DNA of 64,000 nt from Salinispira sp. (GTDB lineage: Bacteria > Spirochaetota > Spirochaetia > DSM-27196 > Salinispiraceae). A program made the position numbers and the translations under genes. The notes beneath the pieces were generated by a model. That model was not told the DNA's origin. It saw only the letters and a list, made by a program, of their open reading frames with translations, and searched no databases. This document shows positions 49,545 to 61,200 of this stretch, piece after piece (within the stretch, counting starts at the first letter, position 1; each line of letters starts with the position of its first letter). The stretch spans positions 160,001 to 224,000 of the forward strand of contig CBDDDG010000022.1 in NCBI GenBank assembly GCA_965226555.1, read 5' to 3'.

Positions 49545-52500
49545 ATGGCAAAAATAAAAGATGTTGTGCGCATTAAGGGCGGATACGTAAATTTCGTAGA
49601 GCTCAAGAGCGCATTCGAAGAATCTCAGCAAAATGCCGACAGAATGGCAATGTACCGCCCCACCAAAGCGCACCGCAGAGCCTTTGAGCAAATATCACGA
49701 GGACTCTTTCACCCCAACAACAAGAAATTCTACCTCCTGAGCGGCTCCTATGGAACCGGTAAGTCGCACCTCTGCCTCATGCTCGCCAATATCCTGAGCC
49801 GAGCGAGCGGAGACCCGACAATTGCCGGTTTCTACGAGAACTACAGCAAACTAAATTCTGAATCCGCAAAGCATTTGAAAAACATTCGCAAGGACGGACA
49901 GTACCTTGTCGCTATATGCGACTACCATTCCGGCAAACGCTTTGAGGACATTGTGCTGAAGGCGGTGTTGAATGCCTGTAAGTCTATGGGGCTCAATGCC
50001 CAGGTGGAAACGGAGTTCAATGAAGCGGAACGTCAGCTTGCGGCATGGGAGGAGCTGGGAAACTCGGGAGGCATTCGGAATTTCTACCAGGATTTTAGCG
50101 CTGCGCTTACTTCGGTATCTCCGGCTTCCACGGTGGAGCAACTTCGCCGTTCCCTGAAGGACTATGACTCGCAGGCTCTGGAACAATTCCGGCTCGCCTT
50201 CAGGGAAATGATGGGAGGGATCGAATTTCAGGCTACGTCAGGAAATCTCATTCCTATTATTCAAAAGCTTGTCAACAGTCAGGAGTTCAGGAATCGATTC
50301 AAAGGTCTCGCGGTGTTCTTCGATGAGTTTGGCTTCACATTGGAGAAAGCCAACTACTCCAAAGACATTCTGCAAGGCTTTATGGAGACCATCTGCAAAA
50401 ATGAACCGAACGTTATGTTCATTGGGTGCATTCACAAAGACTTCAAATCCTATGCCGACCGCTTCAGCCAGGCCGATGCCAATGTTATGAGCGCCCGTAT
50501 TACTCAGGTGAGTCTGCTGAACGAAGGTATTGAGGAAATCATTGAGGCCATTGTGGAGACCGATAAACAGAGTCCCGTTTGGAAAGAGAACATTGAAGCA
50601 AAAATACACATATTTGATCGGCTTAGTCCTCAGTGTAAATCGCTCAATCTTTTCCCATGGATCGATAATGCTGCGCCTGTTCTGGAGAATATTTACGGCG
50701 TGCATCCCATGGCTCTTTCATGTCTGCTTAAACTATCGTCCGAAATTGGCTCGGACGCGCGCAGCGCTTTTACCTTCTTCACTGGTGCCGAAGATGACCG
50801 GGGAGCGTCATATTCGGACTATATTGAACATACCAATATTGTTGTCAATGGCGGTAAGCTTAATCTCTATACCGTCGATAAGCTCGCCATTTTTTTCAGA
50901 GCGATTTGCTGGTTCGAAATTCGGATCTTCGCGAAGGGCAACGGAATGTTGTCAATGGTTACATTGCGAGTATCGATGTGCTTCGCAAGGCAAAACCAAA
51001 TGAACTGGAAGGTTTAGAAGATGATGATCGCCAACAAATTCTGAATCTCCTCCTTATCTATCGCATCTGCCAAATTTCAGCGAATATGGAGAACATTCAG
51101 TTCGGCCTGTACTGTCTGACTTCGCACGAAAAAAAGCGCGTTGTGACTTTACTCAAGGAACTGGAGAAGTACGGAGCGGTGTTTTTCCGGCGACAATCTA
51201 AAACCTATGAGTTGCTTGAAGGTTCAGGCGAAGATCCCTACGATCTCATTGATCGTTTCATTGCCGATAGCTCATTGCATCCGCATGATTCGGTTAAAGC
51301 CTTCCTCGATGATGCCGGATTAAAGAGTTCGGAAGAGTTTGTGGAAGCAAAAGGATTCAACCTGCCCTACACCGATGACAAGCGATTCCGCAGGGAATTT
51401 GTCCGAGCGAAGGATCTTGGCAAGGAACTGTGGGATTCCTTTCAGAAAAAATATGATGATGCCCGCGCGAATCCGAGCAAAAGCTATGAAGGTGTCCTAG
51501 TGTACGCACTCTGTGAAGATGAAGCGGATGTTAACGTTGCCCGCGATGCCGCGAGAATAATTTCATGGGAGCGGCTTGCGGTTTCTGTTCCTCACAATCC
51601 CAAACCCTTCGGCGAGACATTACTCAAAGTTCGGGCCTGTCGTCACTATCTTTCCAGAGATGCGAAGATTAGCGCTCAGACTGAATCGAGAATGCGCGAT
51701 ATTCTAGATAATAAGGACGATGGGGCGCGCGCCACACTGAAAAATACTCTTGACCAAATTTCCGAAGGCAGCGATTCGAGCTGGCACACCGTGAGAGGTT
51801 CAATTCTTGTAGATAAGCCCCAACAGGCGCATCGGCCTGCGGACATGCTCTGCGAGAAACTCTTCAACAAACGCTCGCTCATTAAGCACCCCGATCTCAA
51901 TTTGTGTCACGATGATCGGTGGAAAACCGGTAAAAATAACGCGCTCAAAGATGCGGTCAGGGTCTTGCTGACCGCCGAGCGGGTCATGATCGATAACGGA
52001 AACCCGGACAGCCACGGCGAGAAACGCTACCTTGAAAAGGTGCTGCTGAAAGGTTCCGGCGCGCTCAAAAAGACTGGCGATGATGGGCGAGTAACTTATT
52101 TTACGTGTGAGTCAGATTCCTCAAAACTGAATGATAGTTTTCCGGCGCTGAAGGAGCTCTGCGCAGGGTTGGAGAATAGTAGTTCCGGGCAAAACTTCAA
52201 TGCGGGGGCATTTCTCGCCAAAGTTCGCAACGCCCCTTATGGCGCGGGGGGAACCGCCCTCATTCTGGCTTTTGCCCATGTTATTCGGGCCTACGGAGAG
52301 CGCCTGAGTTTCTTCAAAGATTCAATGAAAATGCTGGAATTGCCCATACAGTCATATACGGATATTGAATCAATTGTGGATAATTCCGCATCTCAGGTCG
52401 TCATTTCCATTCGAAACATTAGCGCTGAACAATTCGATCTTGTCAATCGTATTGCAATATCTGCGGGCGAGTCGGAGCTCAGGCATGGCGAAAAACGATC

Positions 52501-53566
52501 TCTCAAGAATGCGTATGGGGCGGTCATGGGCTGGTACTTGCAATTACCGAATGTTTCGCGAATTGTGAAATTATATGGTTTGAATGATCGGAAGCGTCTG
52601 GCAGCGCTCATGGAGCTGTTGGACAGCGAGATCGGTCAGTCAGATTATTTCGGACTCCTCCTTGAGCGCCTGCCCGGTCTGTACCAAACAGGAAGCGATG
52701 TCGCCACATTGACCGATTCCGAGGTAACGCTGGTTGCCAGAGAATTCAAACGTGACATAGCAGAGCTTGAATCGGCCGAGCAGATTATTATGGGTATGGT
52801 CGCGACTTCTCTCTGTGAGGTATTCGGTGTTGAGGGAGACATAATTGAGTGCGAGAAGGTTATGACCGACTGGTACAAGAATCTCAATTATTCCCAGCGC
52901 GATGCCGGACACTACAATGACAGCGATACTGCCTCCCTCATCTCCTGTCTTGGGCAGGATAAGTCCTTTGCAAAAATTATTGGGACAGAACTTCCAACAG
53001 ATTTTGGATTTGACGCGGTCCGTAATTGGAACTCTCTCCACATTCGCGATTATGCGGAAAAGGTTGCGAAGGCGAAGGAGGAAATTGACCGCGCGAGAAT
53101 TCAGGTGCCAAAACCTGCGATAGAGCAGCCCTCGCTTGAAATTGGGGAGAAACAGAGCGCTACCCTCAATATTCCATCGGGCGCGGCAATGCTTGTTTAC
53201 ACGGTCGATGGCTCTGATCCGAAGACATCGAAGACAGCGCAACGGGCAGAGGCAAATATGGATCTTGCGGAGCTTCTTGCGGGTGCGCCGAATGTGCAAG
53301 CGAAGATTCGCGCGCTGGACAATAAAGGGAATTATAGCGATTCTGTTGATGTCGAGCTCATCGACAAGCAACGCAAATATGAATTGAAAATCAATAATGA
53401 CATGTACGCGCCGGAGGCGACCTTCAAATGTCCGAATGATCTGGATGGGTTCGTTACCGTACTTAAATCTCTTCTGCAATTCGCAATCGATAAATCGTTG
53501 CTCAGCGCGGAAGCAGCCAGCGAAGTCGAAGCCTCGCTGAACAAGCACCCCTCGAAGGAATCGTGA
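49545..53566 (+). CDS. large BrxC/SspC-like P-loop ATPase; apparent frameshift at T7 (50890-50896)
   Basis: Walker A GSYGTGKSH, Walker B VFFDEFG, YGVHP, RSAFTF; adding one T fuses the two ORFs into about 1340 aa; C-terminal VYTVDGSDP Ig/FN3-associated domain. Confidence 0.8.
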
Positions 53567-55962
53567 AAATGCAGCCTTTTCGAATACATTCCATAGGCGA
53601 TCTCGACCTGCCGATTCCCGAAACCGCGCTTGTGGTAGACAATGACGGCTCCTATGTGCAGGCATGCCATGCAACGCGGACGGCAATTCAGAATAAAGAT
53701 GAATTGAATCTGTGGGTTCGCGCGCCTCACCATGCCGAGTGGCTCAAAAATTACTTCGCCCAACTGCGAGTAGACGTGGAGGGACTTGAGGAAACCGCCC
53801 GTACCGTACTCGTCAAAAAATGGTCAGTGACCATTCCCAACTGGGTGTCCAATGAAGACATTATTAAACAGAAATTGCTCAATCTCGACATTAAGGCTGG
53901 CGCGGGCAAGACCTTTGAGGCAGCGCTGATCAATACACTCATTAGTGTGGATATATCGCCTGCTATTCCCGATAATTCTGCGGTGAGGGAACTCATTGCC
54001 GCTCTCACCGATAATCGCTATGCCGTCGCTAGGAAGGAATTCCCGATTCTGGAGGAGACTCTCAAACGGTTGGCAACAACGTGGCGGGCGCGGGCCCGCG
54101 CTGGCTGGCTCGCAGATCTGTGTGAATACATTCCAGAGAATGGTAAAATAGCATGGCGCCTGCTCTCCGCAGTTGCGATTCTCCAGTCGTATCCGAAGGA
54201 ATTACTTGATCGGGTATTGCCCAACGGACAGGCATCGCTCGCTCGTAAAATACCGCGCGATGTAACTGAATACCTGCCTCTGGAACCCGAAGCCAGGGAG
54301 GAATCTCTGACTCAAATTAAACTTATCTTCTCTGAATGTGAGCCAAAAATAAATTCTCAAAGTGAGTTTCGAAAGGTAGTCTCATGGGTGTCGGGAAGGA
54401 CGGCTGAGGAATATCGTTTTATTGAAAACATACTCCGAAGCGGTCGCTTCGAACCGACCGCAGATGACATTCGGCTTACGCGCGAAACGTTTAAAAGCTC
54501 CTCTGAAGTGCGGCCCAGCCGCCTCGAAGCGCTCAAGTACCTCGCGCGCCCGGCCTATCCGTTACTGGAGAACAATGAAAAACTCCCGAACTCCACAGAC
54601 TGGATTCGTTGGACAACCGAAAAATACGCTCAGTACCGCAACTGGCAAGTGAAAAATAACCGTTACGATGCGGAATTGGAAAAAACCGTCTGCCAATTCT
54701 CGGACTGGTACATTGATCACTATGCCGCTGTTCAATCCGATTCCAACGCAGCTCTTGCGCAGGCGCTGAATTTATTGAATGCGAACGAGCTTGAGAATCG
54801 ACTGACAATTCTCTTAATGGTGGATTGCCTGCCTGTTACCTTCTTCGGACTTATTGACCATGCCCTTAAAACCTCCGGTTTCAAGCGGCATGACCTAAGC
54901 TATCGCTACGCCGCGCTTCCCACAGTGACGGACTTCAACAAAGCGGCAGTGATCTCTGGAAACCCCGGTCGAAATAAAAATACCTATTCCAAGATCCTCA
55001 CTGAACGATCTGAGGCCGACTGGGGAGGAGCAAAAGTTCATTACGTCTCAACGCTACGGAATCTGTCAAAACTTACTATTGGCGCGGAAGCATCGGTAAT
55101 TCTGTTTAATCATATTGAGGGCGATGAAATATTACATTCCGATGTCGAAGCGAAAAACCGCGCCTACGAGGAAGATCTCGCTCGTTCCTATACGCAACTT
55201 TCTGAAGCTCTCTTCGATATCTGCGATCGATGGGACGGGGCGAAGGATCGTGTTTCAATTATCCTTCTGACCGATCATGGCGCGTGCCGTGCTCTTAAGG
55301 AAGAGATGAGAAATTTCGCCTCAAGGGTTGTGAGTAAGCTTTTTAATGACGAAAAATATCGTTTTGCCTCCATGACGAGCGAGCAGGCTAATGAGATTCC
55401 AGAAAACCTTTGGGATACAGGTTATCGCTTCACGGAGCCGTTCTCCCGCGACACTACTACGCATTTTTTGCCTCGCGGACATAATACGGTACGCAAGACC
55501 GGAGCTGTTGGGGGGTATGCGCATGGCGGAGTTGCTCCTGAGGAAGTTATTGTGCCTATGGCGCGCTATGCTCTGCTCTCTACTGAGTGGAAGAGACCAT
55601 TCGTCCGATGCTTGAATCTCAAAATGTCTGCGAATGGGCAGAAGGCGCAGTTCTATATACAGCGAGTTGTCAATGTCGAAGTGGAAATACAGAATCCGAA
55701 TTCTGTCCCGCTTCAACCGACAGCTCTTGAGTTACTTTCGCCCGATGCAAGGGTTAAGGGAGCGCGGTTGTGTAATATAGCCCCTGAATCAACGGGTATA
55801 CTGTCCATTGATCTCTACTTCCAGAAAACCGCGCAGAATGCTGAAAATCTTGAATTACAGATTCGCTATACCATAAGCGGGGAAGAATACGAAAAAAATC
55901 TTGTTTTTTCGGCCGAATTCATGTCGGCGATGTCTGACGGATTCTCATTAAAAAATCTCTAA
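53563..55962 (+). CDS. pglZ: PglZ-domain alkaline-phosphatase-superfamily protein
   Basis: LLMVDCLP, ALPTVT..NK, ILLTDHG, YAHGGVAPEEVIVP. Confidence 0.85.
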   Translation: MKMQPFRIHSIGDLDLPIPETALVVDNDGSYVQACHATRTAIQNKDELNLWVRAPHHAEWLKNYFAQLRVDVEGLEETARTVLVKKWSVTIPNWVSNEDIIKQKLLNLDIKAGAGKTFEAALINTLISVDISPAIPDNSAVRELIAALTDNRYAVARKEFPILEETLKRLATTWRARARAGWLADLCEYIPENGKIAWRLLSAVAILQSYPKELLDRVLPNGQASLARKIPRDVTEYLPLEPEAREESLTQIKLIFSECEPKINSQSEFRKVVSWVSGRTAEEYRFIENILRSGRFEPTADDIRLTRETFKSSSEVRPSRLEALKYLARPAYPLLENNEKLPNSTDWIRWTTEKYAQYRNWQVKNNRYDAELEKTVCQFSDWYIDHYAAVQSDSNAALAQALNLLNANELENRLTILLMVDCLPVTFFGLIDHALKTSGFKRHDLSYRYAALPTVTDFNKAAVISGNPGRNKNTYSKILTERSEADWGGAKVHYVSTLRNLSKLTIGAEASVILFNHIEGDEILHSDVEAKNRAYEEDLARSYTQLSEALFDICDRWDGAKDRVSIILLTDHGACRALKEEMRNFASRVVSKLFNDEKYRFASMTSEQANEIPENLWDTGYRFTEPFSRDTTTHFLPRGHNTVRKTGAVGGYAHGGVAPEEVIVPMARYALLSTEWKRPFVRCLNLKMSANGQKAQFYIQRVVNVEVEIQNPNSVPLQPTALELLSPDARVKGARLCNIAPESTGILSIDLYFQKTAQNAENLELQIRYTISGEEYEKNLVFSAEFMSAMSDGFSLKNL

Positions 55963-57947
55963 TGGAGGAACCATATATGCAATCCTTTGAACGTAAAGCG
56001 CAGGACTACTACGGTGAGGTAATAATTAACAAAGGGCTTATGAGAAAAGCCGGATTTGGCGCCCGGGCGATTCCCGTTTATGTGGGCGAGTGGATCATCA
56101 GTCAGTTCATGGATGGCGGAGAGCTGACCGAAGATGGACGCGCGGAAATTGTTACTACCATTTCCAAATTCCTCCCGCAGAAGGCTGACAAGAATACGAT
56201 TCTAAATCGACTCATGGATCAGGAAGAAGTTCGTATTCTCGATGACTTCAGGGTTAATGTTAATCTTGCGAAGAACACCCACGAGCTCAGTATCCCATTA
56301 CTCGATATCAGCAATGGTATGGTACAGAAAGATATTATCAATCAAAACCCAATGCTCTTAAAAACCGGGATGTGGGGACTCGGGACGCTCAGATATGTAC
56401 CGCCTGACGATGAAATCAAAGAAGGGCAGATCTGGATGATGGACTTCAAACCTTTTCAGTCTCCCGGCGTAGATATTGACTACTATCGTGACTCACGGAG
56501 GCACTTCGAGACAGAAGAATGGATTGATCTGCTTGTGTCGAGCTGCCAGTTTAATCCGGAAATACTCAGACTTCCCCAGAAGCTTTTGTTGCTCAGCCGA
56601 ATCATCCCGCTCGTGGAACCGAGAACTAACATAACCGAACTTGCGCCAAAAGGAACAGGGAAATCATTTGTTTTCGACAACATCAGTCGCTACGCGACCG
56701 TCATTCCAGGCGGGAAACTTTCTGCGCCGTCTCTGTTCTTCAACAGCAATACTAGGCAATTGGGACTCATTCCGCGTTACGATGTTGTTGTTGTCGATGA
56801 GATTCAGAAAATTCATACCGATGCTACCGGTGAAGCAATGGCTGCGCTGAAAATGTATTTAGAGAGCGGACGGTACCGAAGAGCCACTGGAGATCTCGGT
56901 ACGTCAGAATCTGGATTTGTCATGTTGGGAAATATTACCCTCGGAATGAATCGCCTTCCGTTGTACGAGAGCGATGGAATTTTCAAAGAGTTGCCGAAGG
57001 CTCTTCAGGAGTCAGCGTTCATTGACCGCATTCACGGATTAATCGAAGGCTGGTACATGCCCCGTGTGTCTCGGCACACACCATCGAAAACCTGCGGCTT
57101 CAAGGGCGATTTCTTCAGTGAAGTCTTACACGAACTTCGGGTTGATCTGAAATACGCCGATTTTGTGACACAACATCTTGCGCGCCTCGAATGCGACGAT
57201 ATGCGCGATAACAAAGCGATTGCGCGATTGGCTGAAGGTTTTCTGAAACTTCTCTTTCCAGATTTGAACGTAACAGATGAGAATTTTAACATATTCTGCC
57301 TCAACCCTGCAATCCGGATGCGTCAGCAGATTCGAGATGAGCTCTCGAAGATCGACCATGAATTCAAATGGGTTACCATTAAGAGCAATTTACCGGACGA
57401 GTTCCAGCTCTCTCACCCATCTGAACGTCCCGATCTGGAGGGCGAGAAAGCAAAAACCGATCCTCTTAATCCGAGTCGTAAGCCCGATGAGCGGACTGTG
57501 GAAATTACCGAAGGTCAACAAGGCATCTCATTCGAAAAACTCTTCCTGCCGTATCTCAAAGGCGCCAGAGAAATTCGCATTTACGATCCGTATATCCGGT
57601 ACCAATACCAAGTATTCAATCTTATGAACCTTTGCGAGATTCTTGAACCCCGTAATGCGTCCATCAAAGTTTCGCTTATTACTACCGCCGATCAGTTCAG
57701 CGAAGACGAAATTACCGCAAAACTTGGCGAAGTAAAAAAAGGATTGAGCCGCGATGACATTGAATTCAATTTTACTTTCGATCCGAACCTCCATGATCGA
57801 TGGATCAAAACCGACACCGGCTGGCGAATCACATTGGGCAGGGGGCTGGATATCTTTCAGAAGCCCGCTGACAAGTTCACACTGGGGTTCATGAATCAGA
57901 CGAAGAGAAAATGCAAGGAAACAAGTGTGGTTTATACGCGAGGATAA
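55962..57947 (+). CDS. brxL: BrxL-like ATPase with a C-terminal MIT_C/PLD-like domain instead of a Lon protease domain
   Basis: IPVYVGEW, LKTGMWG, FKPFQ, EEWIDLL, ELAPKGTGKSF, VVDEIQ, AFIDRIHG..GW..P; tail DPYIR...LHDRWI.TD.GW.I.LGRGLDIFQ. Confidence 0.88.
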   Translation: MEEPYMQSFERKAQDYYGEVIINKGLMRKAGFGARAIPVYVGEWIISQFMDGGELTEDGRAEIVTTISKFLPQKADKNTILNRLMDQEEVRILDDFRVNVNLAKNTHELSIPLLDISNGMVQKDIINQNPMLLKTGMWGLGTLRYVPPDDEIKEGQIWMMDFKPFQSPGVDIDYYRDSRRHFETEEWIDLLVSSCQFNPEILRLPQKLLLLSRIIPLVEPRTNITELAPKGTGKSFVFDNISRYATVIPGGKLSAPSLFFNSNTRQLGLIPRYDVVVVDEIQKIHTDATGEAMAALKMYLESGRYRRATGDLGTSESGFVMLGNITLGMNRLPLYESDGIFKELPKALQESAFIDRIHGLIEGWYMPRVSRHTPSKTCGFKGDFFSEVLHELRVDLKYADFVTQHLARLECDDMRDNKAIARLAEGFLKLLFPDLNVTDENFNIFCLNPAIRMRQQIRDELSKIDHEFKWVTIKSNLPDEFQLSHPSERPDLEGEKAKTDPLNPSRKPDERTVEITEGQQGISFEKLFLPYLKGAREIRIYDPYIRYQYQVFNLMNLCEILEPRNASIKVSLITTADQFSEDEITAKLGEVKKGLSRDDIEFNFTFDPNLHDRWIKTDTGWRITLGRGLDIFQKPADKFTLGFMNQTKRKCKETSVVYTRG

Positions 57948-58239
57948 CAGAAAGCCTGATCTGCGTTCACGCATTTCTGCTTTCCACTTGCAAAAAGTCC
58001 AAAAAAATGCCAGCAAAACGTCCTCGCTTATCATAAATAACTGCATCATCGCAGATCAATGCAAGCATCCGCTCATCTATAAGTCCATGAGCAGGTCAAA
58101 TATTATTATCCCAGACTGAATCCGCTGGAATCGCGGAATGCGGAATATATTGACAAGTTTTGAACAATAGCGCAAAGTAAAAGTTTTGCAAAACCTTATA
58201 TAATAGAGCAGACCTATTGCGGTCATTGGGAGAGGAACT

Positions 58240-61200
58240 ATGGTATTCGCGCTTGGCGACCTTCTCGTTCTGGGTGTGGTCCTAATTGTCATATGTATTT
58301 TCCGTTATATCGACCGCGGCAACAGATCCCTGGAAAAGGTAAGGAACTTTGTTGACCGCGCAGGAGAGAACTTAGCTCGTATCGCTGAAGATAAGGCACA
58401 GCAGTTGAAGGATCTTGCCATCAATGTCGAAATCCATCAGCAATCGGCAATGAAAGCTATTGAGCAAATTGAAATTTCTGCGGAAGAGCTCGGTAAACGC
58501 ACATCCTATATTGAAGAAATACAGTCACGAATAAATCAATACGATCTTGCCCTCAGGCAGCTGGTCGATATGACGAATCAGGCTGAACGGAACATTAAGG
58601 GAATACAGGACGAATCCGCCTATGTGGATACTGTCGGCCGGAGAATCAAAGAATCGCGCAAGCATATTGAATCGCTTGAAAAATCTGTTTCAGAGATCAT
58701 TAACGATTTTTCTGCGAGAAACAATCAGCAGCTTGAAAAGATCCGTGAGTCTGTGTTCAAAACGGGGAAGGAAACTGCCCTTGAACTTGAACAGAAAGTA
58801 GAAAGCGCCGGAAATCGGGCGCAGAAACTTCTTGCGGCATTTCAGACAGATGCCGAAAACACTCAGCAGAGAATTACGGGCAGTGTTGAAACAGCGCAGA
58901 CAAAAATTCAGGAAATAACGGAAACCATGCAGACTGATGCGGCAGACATTCAAGATACTATCCAGAACCTTGCCGACACCACCATCAAATCAGTGGACAA
59001 TTCCTTCAGCGAATATAAGCGGGATTTCGAAAACGTAGAAATATCCTTTCGCGAAGGCCTGAATCGGGTTGCTGAAAAGGCCCGGAAATTTGAGTTCGAA
59101 TCATTTGAGATACTTCAGGCGGAACTGGAAACGAAACGCGCGAACGTTTCAGAACAGTTCAAAAACAAAATGGATGAACAGGAGCAGGATTTTCAGGAAC
59201 AGTTCATTGATTATACGCGAAAATCGAAGGAACAGTATGAGCAAATTTCCGACAGTCTGAAAGAACATACCGAAGTACACCGCAGGAACCTCAATGAACT
59301 TGAAACCGAGATGCAGAATTCCATTGAGGTATTAAAGGCCAATTACACTACGAAACATGAAGAAATACAGGTATCCATTTCCGAGAAGGCCTCCGGGATG
59401 GAGAAAAGAATACTTGGAGACCTTGAGCAGAACCTCATCGATTACGAGGGCAGTATTACTCACCGTCTTTCCCGTCTGGATGAGGTCGGAAAGCAGCTGG
59501 ATGGGCTTGAGCAGGTACTTCAGAAAAATATGGAACATGTCAGCGCAAAACTTGAATCGGAGGCGCAGTCCGTCGGTGAGCGTGTGCGGAAAAAATACGA
59601 TGAAGACATTACCCGCCTCCGCGGCGATCTGGATGAGATCAGCGGACATGTAACAGCGCAGAGAAATGAAATAGATACGCTCAGGGAAGAAAGCCGTTCA
59701 AACATTATTGAACAATTGGAGGCCTTCGAGCGGGAATTTTTCACCGACCTTCAGGAGCGCAGGAAGAATCTTGATGCCCGGCTGGAAAAATGGACGGAAA
59801 GTTTTGACGGTGCACTTGAGGAACTGCGCTCCGATACCGAAGGTGAACGCAGCCTGCTCGAAAAGAAATATCTGGAAGATATTGGAACGGGAATGGATGC
59901 CTTGCGCAGCGGGATGACAGATCGCTTCAGTGAACTTCAGACCGATTTTCAGGAACGGGAGTCAGTTATTCATGAAAATCTGAATATCCTTACCGAGCGA
60001 ATCAACAATGGCCAGTCGGCAGTCGATGAACATCTTGAGCGAGCCCGGCAGCAGTCCATGAATACTCTCAACAGCCGCTGTCAGGAAATTCAGAATACAA
60101 TTGCCGACAGAATGAAGAATATGCAGGATGATATGGAGGGTAATCTCAGAAATATGGATGAGCTCATCCTGAAGCAGGAGAATGAAATTACGGTTCTTCA
60201 GGATGGCATACGTTCCGATGTATCAGCATGGCAAAATACAATTCATCAACAACTCAAAACAGATAAGGATGATATTGAAAGCGAAATGGCGGCCTTCCGA
60301 ATACGTATAAATGACGTTCTCCTGGCCATAAAGGAAGAATATAACGAGGAAAAAACCGGAATACTTGCCGAAGAGCGGACACTCAAGGACAAACTTTTCA
60401 CCCAACTGGCTGATAACAAAAGCAGCATGGAAAAGGAAGTTGATGTATTCCGCGCTAAATTCAGCGACACCCTGAACTCACTGCAGGCAGAATACAATAA
60501 TGAGAAGAATGACATTATTGCCGGGGCTGTTGAAGCAAGAAAACAACTGCAGTCCGATATTCGGAATGCTTCCGAGAAGCTGACAGCGCTGCGCTCCGAA
60601 CTGGAGGAAAAAAAGGAAACTGCCCTTGAACGCTTCAACCTCGACTATACGTCTTTCATGCAGGATTTTCTGAAGCAGAAAGATGATGCCAGCCGTGAGT
60701 TCAGTGCCTCCATCCGCGATTTCCGTGAGTTTGTCGGAGCAACTCGTAAGGAATTTGAAGGAACACAGAAACGGCTCATCGGTGGACTCACCGAAGAAAT
60801 TAAAACTGTTGAACTGAATATCAGAGAGATAGAGAAAAAACAGAAATCTTTTCTTCAGCAGACGAAGCTCTTTGACCGGGCAGATACATTGAAGCAGGGG
60901 CTCATTGAGGATATTAACGCGCTCCGAAATGAGGTCAATAAGTTCCAGAGTGAGCGGAAACAGATCGGCGAATACGAGAATGAATTTCTGCGCATCCAGA
61001 AACTTGGAAAGGAAGCGCATGAGAAGATGCTCCATTTTTCAGTGGAACAGCGTAAGCTTGAAAATGTTGAAGAGAGCTATAAACGTATTATGGCCCTTTC
61101 AGGAAAGCTGGACAAGCGCTTGGAAAGTGTCAACCTCAAGCACGACAATGTTCAGCAGATGCAGCTGGCGATCCGGAATTTGAGTGATCTTCAGAAGGAA

